Assembly: GCA_963727505.1 (NCBI GenBank) | Contig: CAVSGP010000009.1 | Coordinates: 288,001-352,000, forward strand | Source of the DNA: an uncultured Trueperaceae bacterium | GTDB taxonomy: Bacteria > Deinococcota > Deinococci > Deinococcales > Trueperaceae | DNA length: 64,000 nt | Direction: 5' to 3' | Shown here: positions 1 through 11,102 of the stretch, in pieces | Layout of the letters: each line of letters opens with the position of its first letter | Numbering within the stretch: position 1 is the first letter of the stretch | The notes under the pieces: generated by a model | The model's database searches: none | What the model was told of the DNA's origin: nothing | What the model saw: the letters and a program-made list of their open reading frames with translations, nothing else | Translations under genes and position numbers: made by a program

Positions 1-1282
1 TCTCCAGGATCAGCGGGGCGGCCGTCGCCGCATCCGCGATCCGAATAGACTTCTCGACGAGCCCGCGGGCGTCCTCCAGGCCCCTTCCATCGCGGTGGTA
101 GAGCGTGGCGATCGGCTCCCCGGTGGCCACGGGATCGCCGATCTTGGCGTGGAGGACCACCCCCACCCCAGCGTCGACGCGTTCGCCCTTTCGTGTCCTG
201 CCGGCGCCGAGCACCCCGGCGGCGCGGCCCACGGCGAGGGCGTCGAGTTCGGCCAGCGCACCCGATCGGTCGGCGCGTACCACGTCCCGCCCAGCGGCGA
301 GCTCGAGCCCATCGAGCGCGCCCACGTCCCCGCCCTGCGCGGCGACCCAGCGCTCGAAGCGTTCGAAAGCGTGTCCGCCGTCGATCAGGGTCTCGAGCCG
401 TTGCCGGGAGGTGTGCAGGCCGGTCGCGTCCAGCACGTCCGCGGCAAGCACCAGGCACAGCTCACGGAGATCGGCCGGCCCGTCGCCCCGCAGGCACGCG
501 ACCGCTTCGATCACCTCGAGCGCGTTCCCCACGGCCAGACCCAGGGGCTGCGCCATGGCGCTCAGCACGGCGCGCATGTTGCGCCCCGCGTGCCGACCGA
601 TGGCGATCATCATCTCGGCCAGCGCCCGGGCCTCCGTCGGGGTCTTGAGGAAGGCGCCGCTACCGACCTTGACGTCGAGAACGATCGAGCCGGCACCGCC
701 GGCGAGCTTCTTGCTCATGATGCTGCTGGCGATGAGCGGCAGGGATTCCACCGTGCCGGACGCGTCGCGAAGCGCGTAGAGGAGGCCGTCGGCGGGCGCC
801 AGCGCCTTCGACTGGCCGGCCACCACGATGCCGACCGCGCGCGCCTGCTCCAGGAAGGCCCGCTGGTCCAGTCCGGTGTGGAAGCCCGGGATGCTCTCGA
901 GCTTGTCTACCGTGCCACCGGTATGTCCGAGGCCGCGACCGCTCATCTTGGCAACGGTCGCGCCGGCGGCCGCCAGCAGCGGCGCAAGCACGAGGCTCGT
1001 CTTGTCGCCCACCCCGCCGGTGGAGTGCTTGTCGACGGTATGGGGGAGAGCACCGAGGTCCAGGACCTCGCCGGAACGGGCCATGATGTCCGTCAGGCCG
1101 GCGGTTTCCCGGTCGGTCATGCCGCGCCAGCAGACCGCCATCAGCCAGGCGGACACCTGGTAGTCGGGGATGTCGCCGGCCAGGTAGCCGTGAAGGAAGG
1201 CCTCGAGCTCCTCGGCGTCGTGCTCGTGACCCTGCCGCTTGCGCAGGATGACGTCGACGGGCCGGACCGTGGTGGTTGTCAT
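1..1282 (-). CDS. pdp: Pyrimidine-nucleoside/thymidine phosphorylase (3' end runs off window)
   Basis: Not in ORF track; read manually from ATG 1282: MTTTTVRPVDVILRKRQG...IPDYQVSAWLMA...DKHSTGGVGDK...KMSGRGLGHTGGTVDKLESIPG...IASSIMSKKLAGG; no stop before position 1. Confidence 0.95.
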   Translation of the reverse strand, partial: MTTTTVRPVDVILRKRQGHEHDAEELEAFLHGYLAGDIPDYQVSAWLMAVCWRGMTDRETAGLTDIMARSGEVLDLGALPHTVDKHSTGGVGDKTSLVLAPLLAAAGATVAKMSGRGLGHTGGTVDKLESIPGFHTGLDQRAFLEQARAVGIVVAGQSKALAPADGLLYALRDASGTVESLPLIASSIMSKKLAGGAGSIVLDVKVGSGAFLKTPTEARALAEMMIAIGRHAGRNMRAVLSAMAQPLGLAVGNALEVIEAVACLRGDGPADLRELCLVLAADVLDATGLHTSRQRLETLIDGGHAFERFERWVAAQGGDVGALDGLELAAGRDVVRADRSGALAELDALAVGRAAGVLGAGRTRKGERVDAGVGVVLHAKIGDPVATGEPIATLYHRDGRGLEDARGLVEKSIRIADAATAAPLILE

Positions 1283-1324
1283 GGGTCCATGCTATTACGC
1301 GTCAGGCGCTGCTTCGCGAGGGGC

Positions 1325-2800
1325 TCATGCCCCTCCCGACACCTCTCGGAGGGCGCGGCGGGCCTCCGCCACCTCGTCCCACGGCACCGTCTCGCCGGCG
1401 CGCTCCAGCGTGGCCTCGTGCCCTTTACCCGCCAGCAGCACGACGTCCCCGGGTCCTGCCTCGGCGATGGCAGCGCGGATCGCCTCGCGCCGATCGGGTA
1501 CCACCCGGTAGTCGACGTCGGCGCGGGCGCCGACCTCCGAAGCGCCCCGCGCCATGGCGTCCAGGATCGCCTCCACGCTCTCGGAACGGGCGTCCTCCTC
1601 GGTGAAGAACGCCAGGTCCGCGTGACGGGCCGCGGCGCGCCCGAGGGGGGCGCGCTTGCCGGGATCGCGCTCGCCGGCCGATCCGACGACGACCAGCCGC
1701 CTGTAAGGCGCGGGCGGTTGCAGAGCCTCGAGCGCCTTGGCGAGCGCCGGTGGCGTGTGCGCGAAGTCCACCACGACGGTGAACGGGCGGTCCTGCACCA
1801 CCTGCATGCGGCCGGGAACGCCGGAGAAGGTCGCCAGCCGCGCGACGCCCTGCGCCAGCGGAACGCCCGTTTCCCGGGCAGCGGCGAGCGCGCCCAGCGC
1901 ATTCCAGGCGTTGTAGCGGCCGACCATCGGGAGGCGCGCATCGATGCGCTCGTCTTCCACCACGACGGTCAGCCTCAGTGCTCCCGGCTCCTCGGTCAGG
2001 GCCTCGAGCCGGAGATCGGACTCCGGGTGCTCGCCGTAGCTGACCACGCGGCGGCTTGCCGCCGCGAAGAAGGGGTAGGCGGGATCGTCGCGGTTCAGCA
2101 CGCTGACCCGCGAGCGTCGCATGAGCGTTGCCTTGGCTTCGCGGTAGGCCTCCAGCGTGCCGTGATGGTCGAGGTGTTCGGGGCTGAGGTTGGTCCAGAT
2201 GCCGACGGCGTAGGCGATCGCATCGAGGCGGTGGAGCGAGAAGCCGTGCGAGCTGCTCTCCAACACCACGTGCGCGAGGGCCAGCCGCCGGCAGCGTGCC
2301 AGCAGCTCCTGAACCTCGGTCGCTTCCGGGGTGGTGAAGTGTCCCTCGAGCGCGACGGTCTCGTCTCCCAGGCGGATGCCGGCGGTGCTGATCAGCGCGC
2401 TCGCATGGCTGCCACGCAGCAGGTGGTGCAGCAGCCATGCCGTGGTGGTCTTGCCGTCGGTGCCGGTGACGCCTAACACGCTCAGGTGGTCGGCCGGATG
2501 TCCGTGGAAGCTGGCCGCAAGGCGCGGCAGCGCCCAGCGGGCGTCTTCCACGCGGACGTAGGGCACGCCGCCCCAGGGCAGGTGCGAGGGAAGGTCGGCC
2601 TCGCCCACCACCGCGACCGCGCCCGCCTCGACGGCCTGACGCAGGTAATCGTGGGCGTCGAAGCGCTGGCCTCGGCGGGCGACGAAGAGGGCTCCCGGGG
2701 CGACGCGGTCGTGCCGTTGCGCGATGGCACGGATCTCGCGCTCACCACCGGTGGGCGCGCTCAAACCCAGCGCGTCGTGCACGAGGGCGTCGAGGCGCAC
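1325..2800 (-). CDS. murE: UDP-MurNAc-tripeptide synthetase MurE
   Basis: GVTGTDGKTTT P-loop, TTPEA, ESSSHG, TNLSPEHLDHHG, GRMQ, VDFAHTP, LLAGKGHE; GTG start at 2800 just after upstream stop. Confidence 0.93.
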   Translation of the reverse strand: MRLDALVHDALGLSAPTGGEREIRAIAQRHDRVAPGALFVARRGQRFDAHDYLRQAVEAGAVAVVGEADLPSHLPWGGVPYVRVEDARWALPRLAASFHGHPADHLSVLGVTGTDGKTTTAWLLHHLLRGSHASALISTAGIRLGDETVALEGHFTTPEATEVQELLARCRRLALAHVVLESSSHGFSLHRLDAIAYAVGIWTNLSPEHLDHHGTLEAYREAKATLMRRSRVSVLNRDDPAYPFFAAASRRVVSYGEHPESDLRLEALTEEPGALRLTVVVEDERIDARLPMVGRYNAWNALGALAAARETGVPLAQGVARLATFSGVPGRMQVVQDRPFTVVVDFAHTPPALAKALEALQPPAPYRRLVVVGSAGERDPGKRAPLGRAAARHADLAFFTEEDARSESVEAILDAMARGASEVGARADVDYRVVPDRREAIRAAIAEAGPGDVVLLAGKGHEATLERAGETVPWDEVAEARRALREVSGGA

Positions 2801-2802
2801 GG

Positions 2803-3426
2803 CTAGCCCACCATGGGCGCGATGAGCCCGGCGCGCTCGACCAGGTCGAGCAACTGCTCCCGGTCGCCGGCGTGATGGACGAAGTCGAGTTCGTCGGCCG
2901 GCACGACGACCACCTGCGACAGCTCGTAGGTGTCGATCCATGCCTCGTACAGGGCGTTGAGCCCTTGCAGGTAGTCGTCCTCGATCCCCGCTTCGTAACC
3001 GCGGCCCCGCTGCCGGATGTGGCGGCGCAGGGTGGGCAGGTCGGCCCGCAGGTAGATGAGCAGGTCGGGCGGCCGAAGCGCCGCCTGGACCGCCTCGTAC
3101 ATGGTGCGGTAGCTGCGGTGATCGCGGTCGTCGAGGACACCCTGGCGGTGGAGCTGGCGGGCGAACACGGCGGCGTCCTCGTAGACCGTGCGGTCCTGGA
3201 TGACGCGGCGACCCGGGTTCACCTGCCCGAGGTGCTGCCGCAGCCGGGTGGCCAGGAAGAACATCTGCGAGTGGAACGCGTAGCGCCGCATGTCGCGGTA
3301 GAAGTCTTCGAGGTAGGGGTTCTCGTCGACCGCTTCGTACACCGGCTCGAGCCGGTAACGCTCCGACAGGAGCCGCGTGAGACTCGACTTGCCGGCTCCG
3401 ATGTTGCCCGCCACGGCTACGTACAT
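2803..3426 (-). CDS. Deoxynucleoside kinase
   Basis: VAGNIGAGKSS P-loop, ENPYLEDFY, QDRTVYED, PDLLIYLRA, RGRGYE lid. Confidence 0.93.
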   Translation of the reverse strand: MYVAVAGNIGAGKSSLTRLLSERYRLEPVYEAVDENPYLEDFYRDMRRYAFHSQMFFLATRLRQHLGQVNPGRRVIQDRTVYEDAAVFARQLHRQGVLDDRDHRSYRTMYEAVQAALRPPDLLIYLRADLPTLRRHIRQRGRGYEAGIEDDYLQGLNALYEAWIDTYELSQVVVVPADELDFVHHAGDREQLLDLVERAGLIAPMVG

Positions 3427-3436
3427 CGCTCGCTCC

Positions 3437-4039
3437 TCAGGCCGCTCGGGCCAGGGTGATCAGCTGGTCCAGGAGCGCCTGGCGGTCGGACTCGTTGGAC
3501 ACGTAGTCGACCTCGCCGGCCTCCACCACGTGCACCGGGTAGGGGGCGTGCCGGAACAGTTCGTCGTACGCCTCGCCGATGCGCATCAGGTAGTCCGGGT
3601 CGATGTCGTGCTCGAAGCTCCGACCGCGCTTGGCGATCCGCGCCAGCAGCAACTCGGGACCGGCACGCAGGTAGACGACCAGGTCGGGCCGGGGGAGGCG
3701 CGGCTTGAGCTGCTCGAAGAGCTCGCGGTAGAGCTCCCACTCCGACCCGGAGAGGTTGAGCGACGCGAAGAGGAAGTCCTTTTCGAAGAGGTAATCGGCG
3801 ACGGTATGAGGGTGGAAGAGTGCGTCCTGGGCAAGCGCCATCTGCTGCCGGAAGCGCGAGAGCAGGAAGAACACCTGCGCTTGGAAGGCGTAGCGTTCGG
3901 GCTCGCGGTAGAAACCGGCCAGGAAGGGGTTCTCCTCGACGACCTCGAGCAGCATGCGTGCGCCCAGCTTCGAGGCCAGGAAGCGGCTGAGGCTCGTCTT
4001 GCCGACGCCGATCGGCCCTTCAACGACGATGGTGGCCAT
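3437..4039 (-). CDS. Deoxynucleoside kinase (tandem paralog)
   Basis: VEGPIGVGKTS, ENPFLAGFY, ADYLFEKD, RIAKRGRSFE. Confidence 0.93.
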   Translation of the reverse strand: MATIVVEGPIGVGKTSLSRFLASKLGARMLLEVVEENPFLAGFYREPERYAFQAQVFFLLSRFRQQMALAQDALFHPHTVADYLFEKDFLFASLNLSGSEWELYRELFEQLKPRLPRPDLVVYLRAGPELLLARIAKRGRSFEHDIDPDYLMRIGEAYDELFRHAPYPVHVVEAGEVDYVSNESDRQALLDQLITLARAA

Positions 4040-4140
4040 GGCCCCGCCTACCCATAGGCCCCGAGTATACCGAGGGCCGGCGCCCGTGGTCGGCGAGTCG
4101 GAGCCGGTGGAAGTCCGCTTCCGAGGGGGCAGAAAGGCTG

Positions 4141-4149
4141 TGCTACAAT
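4141..4149 (+). promoter_or_regulatory. Extended -10 promoter element (TG-c-TACAAT)
   Basis: tgctacaat 11 nt upstream of ATG 4161; divergent TATACT on the minus strand near 4064-4069. Confidence 0.6.
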
Positions 4150-4160
4150 CCCTCTAGCTG

Positions 4161-5588
4161 ATGGAAGACAACCCAGCGGACCGATCTACCCGTTTTCTCC
4201 ATCCCGTCTTTCTGGTCGTCGCCCTTCCCCTCCTCAGTGTCGCCATCGCACAGACCCCGCCCGCGAGCGGCGGCGGCATCAGCGTGCCGCAAGTCGCCCT
4301 TCTGGCGGTGCTCTTGGTGCTCTCCGGGTTGATGTCGGGCTCGGAGACGGCCCTGACGGCCCTGGGGGAGTGGAAGATCCGACAACTGCGCGAGGACGGG
4401 CTCGATCCTACCGGAGCCTTCGCCCTGCTCGAACGGCAGCCCACGCGCTTCATCACCACCCTCCTCATCGGCAACAACCTCGTCAACATCGCGGCCGCCT
4501 CGCTCATCACGCAGATCGCCATTCAGACGGCGCAGCGCTACGGCTTCGGCCAGTCGCTGGCGGTGGGCTACGCCACCGGCATCACGACCTTGCTGGTGCT
4601 GATCTTCGGCGAGATCACGCCCAAGTCGATCGCGGTGCACCACGCCGTCGCCTTCTCCCGCGCGGTGATCCGGCCCGTCTACGTGATGTCGATCGTGCTC
4701 TACCCGATCGGGCTGGCGTTCACCTGGATCACCGGCAACGTGCTGCGGCTGTTCCGGCTGGAGCCCTCCGGCAACCCGCTGCTCACCGAGAACGAGCTGC
4801 GGTTGATGCTGCGCAGCGCCGAGGAGTCCGGCGTCATCGAGGCGCAGGAGGAGGAGATGATCAAGGGGATCATCGACCTCGAGGAGACCGTGGTGCGTGA
4901 GGTGATGACGCCGCGCGTGGACGTGGTCGCCATCCACGAGGACGCCAGCATGATCGAGCTGCTGCGGCTCACCACCGAGCACGGCTACAGCCGCCTGCCG
5001 GTGTTCGGCGAGACCATCGACAACATCCGCGGCTTCGTCTACGCGCGTGACCTGCTGCCCTACCTGGCGCGCCCCGAGGAGCTCGAACAGACGCGGGTAG
5101 CCGACCTGATGACGCCGCCGCAGTACGTGCCCGAGACCCTGTCCATCCTCAACCTCTTGCGCGACATGCGGATCCGCAAGAACCATATGGCGATCGTGGT
5201 CGACGAGTTCGGCGGGACCGCCGGCATCGTCACCCTTGAGGACATCATCGAGGAGATCACGGGGGAGATCTACGACGAGACCGACGAGGAGGAGGAGGAG
5301 GATATCGTCCTCCTCGAGGACGGGCACTACCGCATCCAGGGCTCGGCGCACCTCGAGAACGTCGCCGAGGACCTGAGGCTCATCTTCGAGGACGACGGCG
5401 AGTACGACACGCTGGCAGGCTTCATGATCGACGAGCTGGGGCACATCCCTCACGTGGGTGAGTCGCTGCAGCACCAGGGAGTGCGCTTCATCGTGGAGCA
5501 AGCCGACGAGCGGCGCGTGATCACGGTGCTGGCGTGGCGCGAAGAGACGACCGAGGCCCAAGAGCCGGTGCGCGAGACCGAAGCCTGA
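4161..5588 (+). CDS. Hemolysin/CorC (CNNM-CBS-CorC_HlyC) family transporter
   Basis: SGSETALT, LIGNNLVN, FGEITPKSIA, VREVMTPR, YSRLPV, VDEFGGTAGIVTLEDIIEEI, YDTLAG. Confidence 0.93.
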   Translation: MEDNPADRSTRFLHPVFLVVALPLLSVAIAQTPPASGGGISVPQVALLAVLLVLSGLMSGSETALTALGEWKIRQLREDGLDPTGAFALLERQPTRFITTLLIGNNLVNIAAASLITQIAIQTAQRYGFGQSLAVGYATGITTLLVLIFGEITPKSIAVHHAVAFSRAVIRPVYVMSIVLYPIGLAFTWITGNVLRLFRLEPSGNPLLTENELRLMLRSAEESGVIEAQEEEMIKGIIDLEETVVREVMTPRVDVVAIHEDASMIELLRLTTEHGYSRLPVFGETIDNIRGFVYARDLLPYLARPEELEQTRVADLMTPPQYVPETLSILNLLRDMRIRKNHMAIVVDEFGGTAGIVTLEDIIEEITGEIYDETDEEEEEDIVLLEDGHYRIQGSAHLENVAEDLRLIFEDDGEYDTLAGFMIDELGHIPHVGESLQHQGVRFIVEQADERRVITVLAWREETTEAQEPVRETEA

Positions 5589-5612
5589 CGCGCGCCGCGC
5601 AGCGTTGCAGGT

Positions 5613-6752
5613 TCAGTCCAGGTAGCGGCGTGGCACGCGCGGCGCCACCCCGGTGAGCAGCTCGTAGGAGATGGTGCCGATCCGGCGTGCCAGGCTCTGG
5701 GCGTCGGGGCCGGGCGGCCCCCAGAGGGTGACGGTGTCGCCCGGGCGCACGTCGAGATCGCCCGCGTCGAGCAGGATCTGGTCCATGCAGACGCGGCCCG
5801 CGACCGGCAGCGAACGCCCGTGGAGGGAAGCCGAGCCGCTGTTGGACAGCAGCCGAGGGTAGCCGTCGGCGTAGCCGATGCGCACCGTGGCCACGGTGGT
5901 CTCCCGGGGCGCCACCCAGGTGCCGCCGTAGGACAGCGGCGTGCCTACCGGCACACGCTTCACGAAGCTGACGGGCGCTTGCAGGCGCATCGCCGGGCGC
6001 AGGTCGGGCTCGAGCGCCTGCACGGGTTCGTCGGAATGGTACCCGTAGAGCGCGATGCCGGGTCGCACCAGGTCGTAATGGGCTTCCGGGAAGCCGAACA
6101 CCCCGGCCGAGTTGGCCGCGTGGCGCAGCGGGGGCGTGATGCCGTCGGCACGCAGGTCGGCAAGCAGGCGCTCGAAGCGTTCGATCTGCGCCAGGGTCGG
6201 GGCCCGGTCCGCCTCGTCGGAGCGTGCGAGATGCGTCCAGACCGCTTCCAGCTCGATCCCCGGCGCCCGTTCCACGCGCCGTGCGAGTGCCGCCGCTTCC
6301 GGCCAGGGAAGGCCCAACCGTCCCATGCCGGTATCGACCTTGAGGTGAAGCCGCAGCGGCCGCGCGGTCCTCGCCGCCAGTGCCGCCTCCAGGCCTGCCT
6401 CATCGGCCAGCGTGACCGACACCCCTTCGTCGGCGAGACGCCGCAGCGTGTCGGCCCGGTAAACGGGCCCGAACAGCAGGATGTCGCCAGTCACGCCGCC
6501 CGCGCGCAGGGCGAGAGCCTCCTCGGGGGTGGCCACGCCGAACCAGCCGACGCCGCACCTGGCGAGGCGGCGCGCCACGGGCACCGCGCCGTGACCGTAG
6601 CCGTCGGCCTTGACGGCGGCCAGCACGCGCGTGCCTCCGTTCAGACGCCGCCGGACGCGGCCGAGGTTGTGCTCGAGAGCCTGCAGGTCGACGGTGGCAA
6701 CAGGGCCGTCCAGCCCATCGCTCGCGGTGTCGTCAGGCGCGCCGCCGTGCAT
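5613..6752 (-). CDS. alr: Alanine racemase
   Basis: AAVKADGYGHG (PLP Lys), HLKVDTGMGRLG, ANSA, VRPGIALYG, GYADG, GRVCMDQ, GTISYE; TATGCT 7 nt upstream of ATG 6752. Confidence 0.96.
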   Translation of the reverse strand: MHGGAPDDTASDGLDGPVATVDLQALEHNLGRVRRRLNGGTRVLAAVKADGYGHGAVPVARRLARCGVGWFGVATPEEALALRAGGVTGDILLFGPVYRADTLRRLADEGVSVTLADEAGLEAALAARTARPLRLHLKVDTGMGRLGLPWPEAAALARRVERAPGIELEAVWTHLARSDEADRAPTLAQIERFERLLADLRADGITPPLRHAANSAGVFGFPEAHYDLVRPGIALYGYHSDEPVQALEPDLRPAMRLQAPVSFVKRVPVGTPLSYGGTWVAPRETTVATVRIGYADGYPRLLSNSGSASLHGRSLPVAGRVCMDQILLDAGDLDVRPGDTVTLWGPPGPDAQSLARRIGTISYELLTGVAPRVPRRYLD

Positions 6753-6803
6753 GCCGCTCAGCATACCGGGGTCTTCCGCGGTGGCGGCGGGGTGGCCTTG
6801 CGC

Positions 6804-8003
6804 TCAGCGGGTCCAGCTGGTCTTGCGCTCGAGCCACTTGACGAGGCTGGAGGCGGCCAGCGTCAACCCGATGTAGAGCAGGGCGACGGTGTTGTACGGC
6901 GGGAACACCTGGAAGGTGGCGGCTTGGAACTCGCGCGCGCGCTGTGTGATGTCGCGCACCGAGAGCACCGACAGCAGCGAGGTGTCCTTGAGCATGGCGA
7001 TGAACTCGTTGCCGAGCGGCGGCACGACGATGCGCAGCGCTTGCGGCAGGACCACGTGCCGCGCCGTCTGCCAGCCGTTGAGGCCGAGGCTGCGGGCGGC
7101 CTCGGTCTGGCCGTGCGGGATGGCCTCGATCCCGGCTCGGAAGATCTCCGCCAGATAGGCGGCGTACCCCAGTGCGATGGCGACGACACCACGCGTGAGA
7201 CGCGACATGTTGATGAGGCCGCCTGTAGCATCGCGGATGGCCCCCTGGAGCGGGAAGCCGACGTAGAGGATGATGACCAGCATGGGGATGCCGCGCAGAG
7301 CGTCGATGTAGAGCTCGGCGAAGATGTTGAGGGGGTGGCGGCCGCTCTGGGCCGCAGCGAAGGTGAGAAGCAGGATGCCGATGCCGAAGACGATCAGCGC
7401 CAGTGCCGGCTGCATCAGCTTGGTGGACAGGAAGTGCGCCCGCCACAGCACGGGGGTGCCGGCGGGGGCCTCCGCTGCCGGGATGAACGCTGCCTGCACC
7501 GTGCCGTCCTCCAGCAGCTTGACCGCCGCGGGCCCGTCGATGGCCGCCCGCACGTTCATCGTGGCGTCCCCGCCGCCGGGGAAGGCACCGTTCTTGACCG
7601 TGTCCGCCGGTCCGGACGGCGTGCGCTCGATGATGGCGACCTTGCCGCCGGTCTGGCCCACCAGCAGGTATTCGACCTTGGGTCGTGTGAGCAGCACGAC
7701 GGCGCCCACCAGCAGAACCGCGCCCGCGATGGTGAAGCGCAGCACGGTGCGCTCGCCGATGTTCAGGCTGGCGAGCGCGGCCAGGATCATGCCCAGGATG
7801 CACGCCGCGATGTAGGCGAAGACCGTGGCGGCCACCGTGACCGAGAGGCCGGGGACGAGGTAGGAGAGCGCACGCTGGTAGGTCGAGGTGGTCGCGAAGA
7901 AGTAGACGACGCCCGGCAACAGCAGTAGCAGGACCAGGTAGCTCGGCCGGATGCGCTTCAGCGGGTTGCGGGATGGACGGGAGGTAGGTCGACTCACGGC
8001 CAT
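6804..8003 (-). CDS. Polar amino acid ABC transporter permease with inserted soluble domain
   Basis: LRGIPMLV, YAAYLAEIFRAGIEAIPHGQTEAARSLGL (EAA loop), PPLGNEFIAMLKDTSL; longer than typical HisM/GlnP. Confidence 0.9.
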   Translation of the reverse strand: MAVSRPTSRPSRNPLKRIRPSYLVLLLLLPGVVYFFATTSTYQRALSYLVPGLSVTVAATVFAYIAACILGMILAALASLNIGERTVLRFTIAGAVLLVGAVVLLTRPKVEYLLVGQTGGKVAIIERTPSGPADTVKNGAFPGGGDATMNVRAAIDGPAAVKLLEDGTVQAAFIPAAEAPAGTPVLWRAHFLSTKLMQPALALIVFGIGILLLTFAAAQSGRHPLNIFAELYIDALRGIPMLVIILYVGFPLQGAIRDATGGLINMSRLTRGVVAIALGYAAYLAEIFRAGIEAIPHGQTEAARSLGLNGWQTARHVVLPQALRIVVPPLGNEFIAMLKDTSLLSVLSVRDITQRAREFQAATFQVFPPYNTVALLYIGLTLAASSLVKWLERKTSWTR

Positions 8004-8084
8004 GATCTCTCGGCGACGACGACACCGGAGCAGGTCGCGCGTGGGAACGGCCCGCCCCAGCGCCGGGACGCGGCGCCGGACTGG

Positions 8085-8127
8085 AGCGCGGCGCGCCCCC
8101 GCGAAGGCGGGGAAGCGCGCCGCGCTG
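8085..8127 (-). other. GC-rich stem-loop after SBP gene (mRNA stabiliser or partial terminator)
   Basis: agcgcggcgcgc-ccccgc-gaag-gcgggg-aa-gcgcgccgcgct inverted repeat. Confidence 0.6.
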
Positions 8128-8141
8128 CAGCGCTCACAGGA

Positions 8142-8900
8142 CTACTGGAACCACTTGACGGTGAGTGCGTCCAACACGCCGTTCGCCTTGAGTTTGGCAA
8201 GGCCGTCGTTGAGCGCGGGCAGCAGGCCCTGCGGATCGCCCTTGGGCACCGCGAAGCCGAGCTCGTCTCCGGACTTCACGCCGCGGATGGATACGACCAG
8301 CTTGCCGGCGTACTGCTGGGCGAAGGCGGCGGCGGCCACGTCGTCGAGGACCACGCCGTTGACGTCGCCGTTGAGCAGCGCCTGAACGGCCTGGTTGAAG
8401 TCGTTGTAGAGCTGCATGCGGCCGCGGCCGACCAGCTTCTCGGCCAGGATGGCGTTGGTGGTGCCGGTCTGGGAGCCCAGCACCAGCTTGCTGCCGGTCT
8501 TGGTGAAGTCGTCCAGCGTCAGGGCGCCGTCCTGCGTGCGAACGGCGACCGCCTGGTCGACGCTCTTGTAGGCGTTGGAGAAATCGACCTGCTTGGCGCG
8601 CTCGGCGGTGATGGTCATGCCGGACGCGATCATGTCGAACTCGCCGTTGTTCACGGCCGGAATGATCCCGTCCCAGTTGGTCGTCTGGAACTTGGCGACG
8701 CAGTTCTCGACCTTGCAGATGGCGTCCATCAGGTCCACGTCGAAGCCCACGATCTGGTTCTGATCGTTGACCGTCTCGAACGGAGGATAGGTGGTGTCCG
8801 ACCCGATGGTGATGGTCTTGCCGCCGAGGTCGGCGGCGAATGCGGCGCCGAGCATCAGCACGAACGCCAGGCTTGACACAAGGATTGCTACTCGTTTCAT
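8142..8900 (-). CDS. Amino acid ABC transporter substrate-binding protein (family 3)
   Basis: Signal peptide MKRVAIL...AFAA, DTTYPPFE, GFDVDL, WDGII, SGMTITAERAKQVDFS; RBS aggagag. Confidence 0.94.
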   Translation of the reverse strand: MKRVAILVSSLAFVLMLGAAFAADLGGKTITIGSDTTYPPFETVNDQNQIVGFDVDLMDAICKVENCVAKFQTTNWDGIIPAVNNGEFDMIASGMTITAERAKQVDFSNAYKSVDQAVAVRTQDGALTLDDFTKTGSKLVLGSQTGTTNAILAEKLVGRGRMQLYNDFNQAVQALLNGDVNGVVLDDVAAAAFAQQYAGKLVVSIRGVKSGDELGFAVPKGDPQGLLPALNDGLAKLKANGVLDALTVKWFQ

Positions 8901-9018
8901 GGTCTCTCCTCTTTTGGGCGTGAAGTCGTGAAAGAGAATACCCGCTTGCGCATGATGTCGCAAGCGGCGCAGCCGGGGGCGAGCAGATGATGTCCGTGGC
9001 CCGCGGCGGTGCGGCCGC

Positions 9019-9872
9019 TCAGCCCTTGACCGATCCTGCCAGCAGCCCCCGGATGAAGTAGCGCCCGAGCACGATGTAGATGATCAGGGTGGGGAGTGCA
9101 GCGAGCACGGCCCCGGCCATCGGCAGGTTCCAGTTCACGGCCTCGCCGCCGGCGAGTTGCGCCAGCGCCACCGTGATCGGTTGCGTGCTCTGCCTCGTCA
9201 GGGTGACGGCGAACAGGAACTCGTTCCAGATCTGTGTGAACTGCCAGATGATGACCACCACGAAGCCTGAGATCGACAGCGGGAACACGATGCGGCTGTA
9301 GATGCCGAAGAAGCCGGCGCCGTCGATGCGCGCCGCTTCGATCATCTCGTCCGGGATCTCCGCGTAGAAGTTGCGGAAGATCAGCGTGGTGATGGGAAGA
9401 CCGTAGACCACGTGGGTCAGGATGAGCCCCCACAGCGAGCCGTAGAGACCGATGTTGCGCAGGAACTGGAACAGCGGGATCAGGATCGACTGGTACGGGA
9501 TGAACATGCCGAAGAGCATGAGCGGGAAGACGATGTTCGCCCCCGGGAAGCGCCACTTCGACAGGATATAGCCGTTCATCGAGCCCATCAGGGCGGAGAT
9601 GGCGGTGGCGGTCACGGCCAGGAAGAGACTGTTGCGCAGCTTGGGAGCGAAGGCCTGCCACGCCGTGGCGTAGCTGCCCCAGTTCCACTCCCTGGGCAGG
9701 TCCCAGGTACCTGCCAGGTTGATGTCTACCGGGTACTTGAGGCTGGTGATGATCACCAGGTAGACGGGGAGTAGGAAGAACGCGGTCGCCAGAAGCAGCA
9801 GCAGGTACGTCAGCCACTGGAAGCGCGCTCGCTTGCGCGGCGCCCCTCGGCGTCGGGTCAGGGTCTCGGCGC

Positions 9873-9876
<4 letters not shown>
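9019..9876 (-). CDS. Carbohydrate ABC transporter permease (MalG-like)
   Basis: [27 protein letters not shown]. Confidence 0.93.
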
Positions 9877-10991
<1,115 letters not shown>

Positions 10992-11061
10992 GCGAGACCC
11001 AATCGTCCCGGCCGCGACGTGCCACCGCAACGGGCGTGGCGAGCGAAGGCCGGTCTCCATG

Positions 11062-11094
11062 TCGGAGGGGACCCCGGCGTGGGGTCCCCTCCGA
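11062..11094. other. Perfect 14-bp stem-loop after sugar SBP gene
   Basis: tcggaggggacccc-ggcgt-ggggtcccctccga. Confidence 0.7.
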
Positions 11095-11102
11095 AACGAG
11101 GG

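Noticed and set aside
95..2476. 793-aa plus-strand ORF and other long antisense ORFs (5820-7928, 12667-14892, 23790-26000, 45027-46994, 46658-48778, 61501-63006)
   Set aside because: Shadows of real genes on the opposite strand; long stop-free frames are expected at this GC content and they carry no motifs
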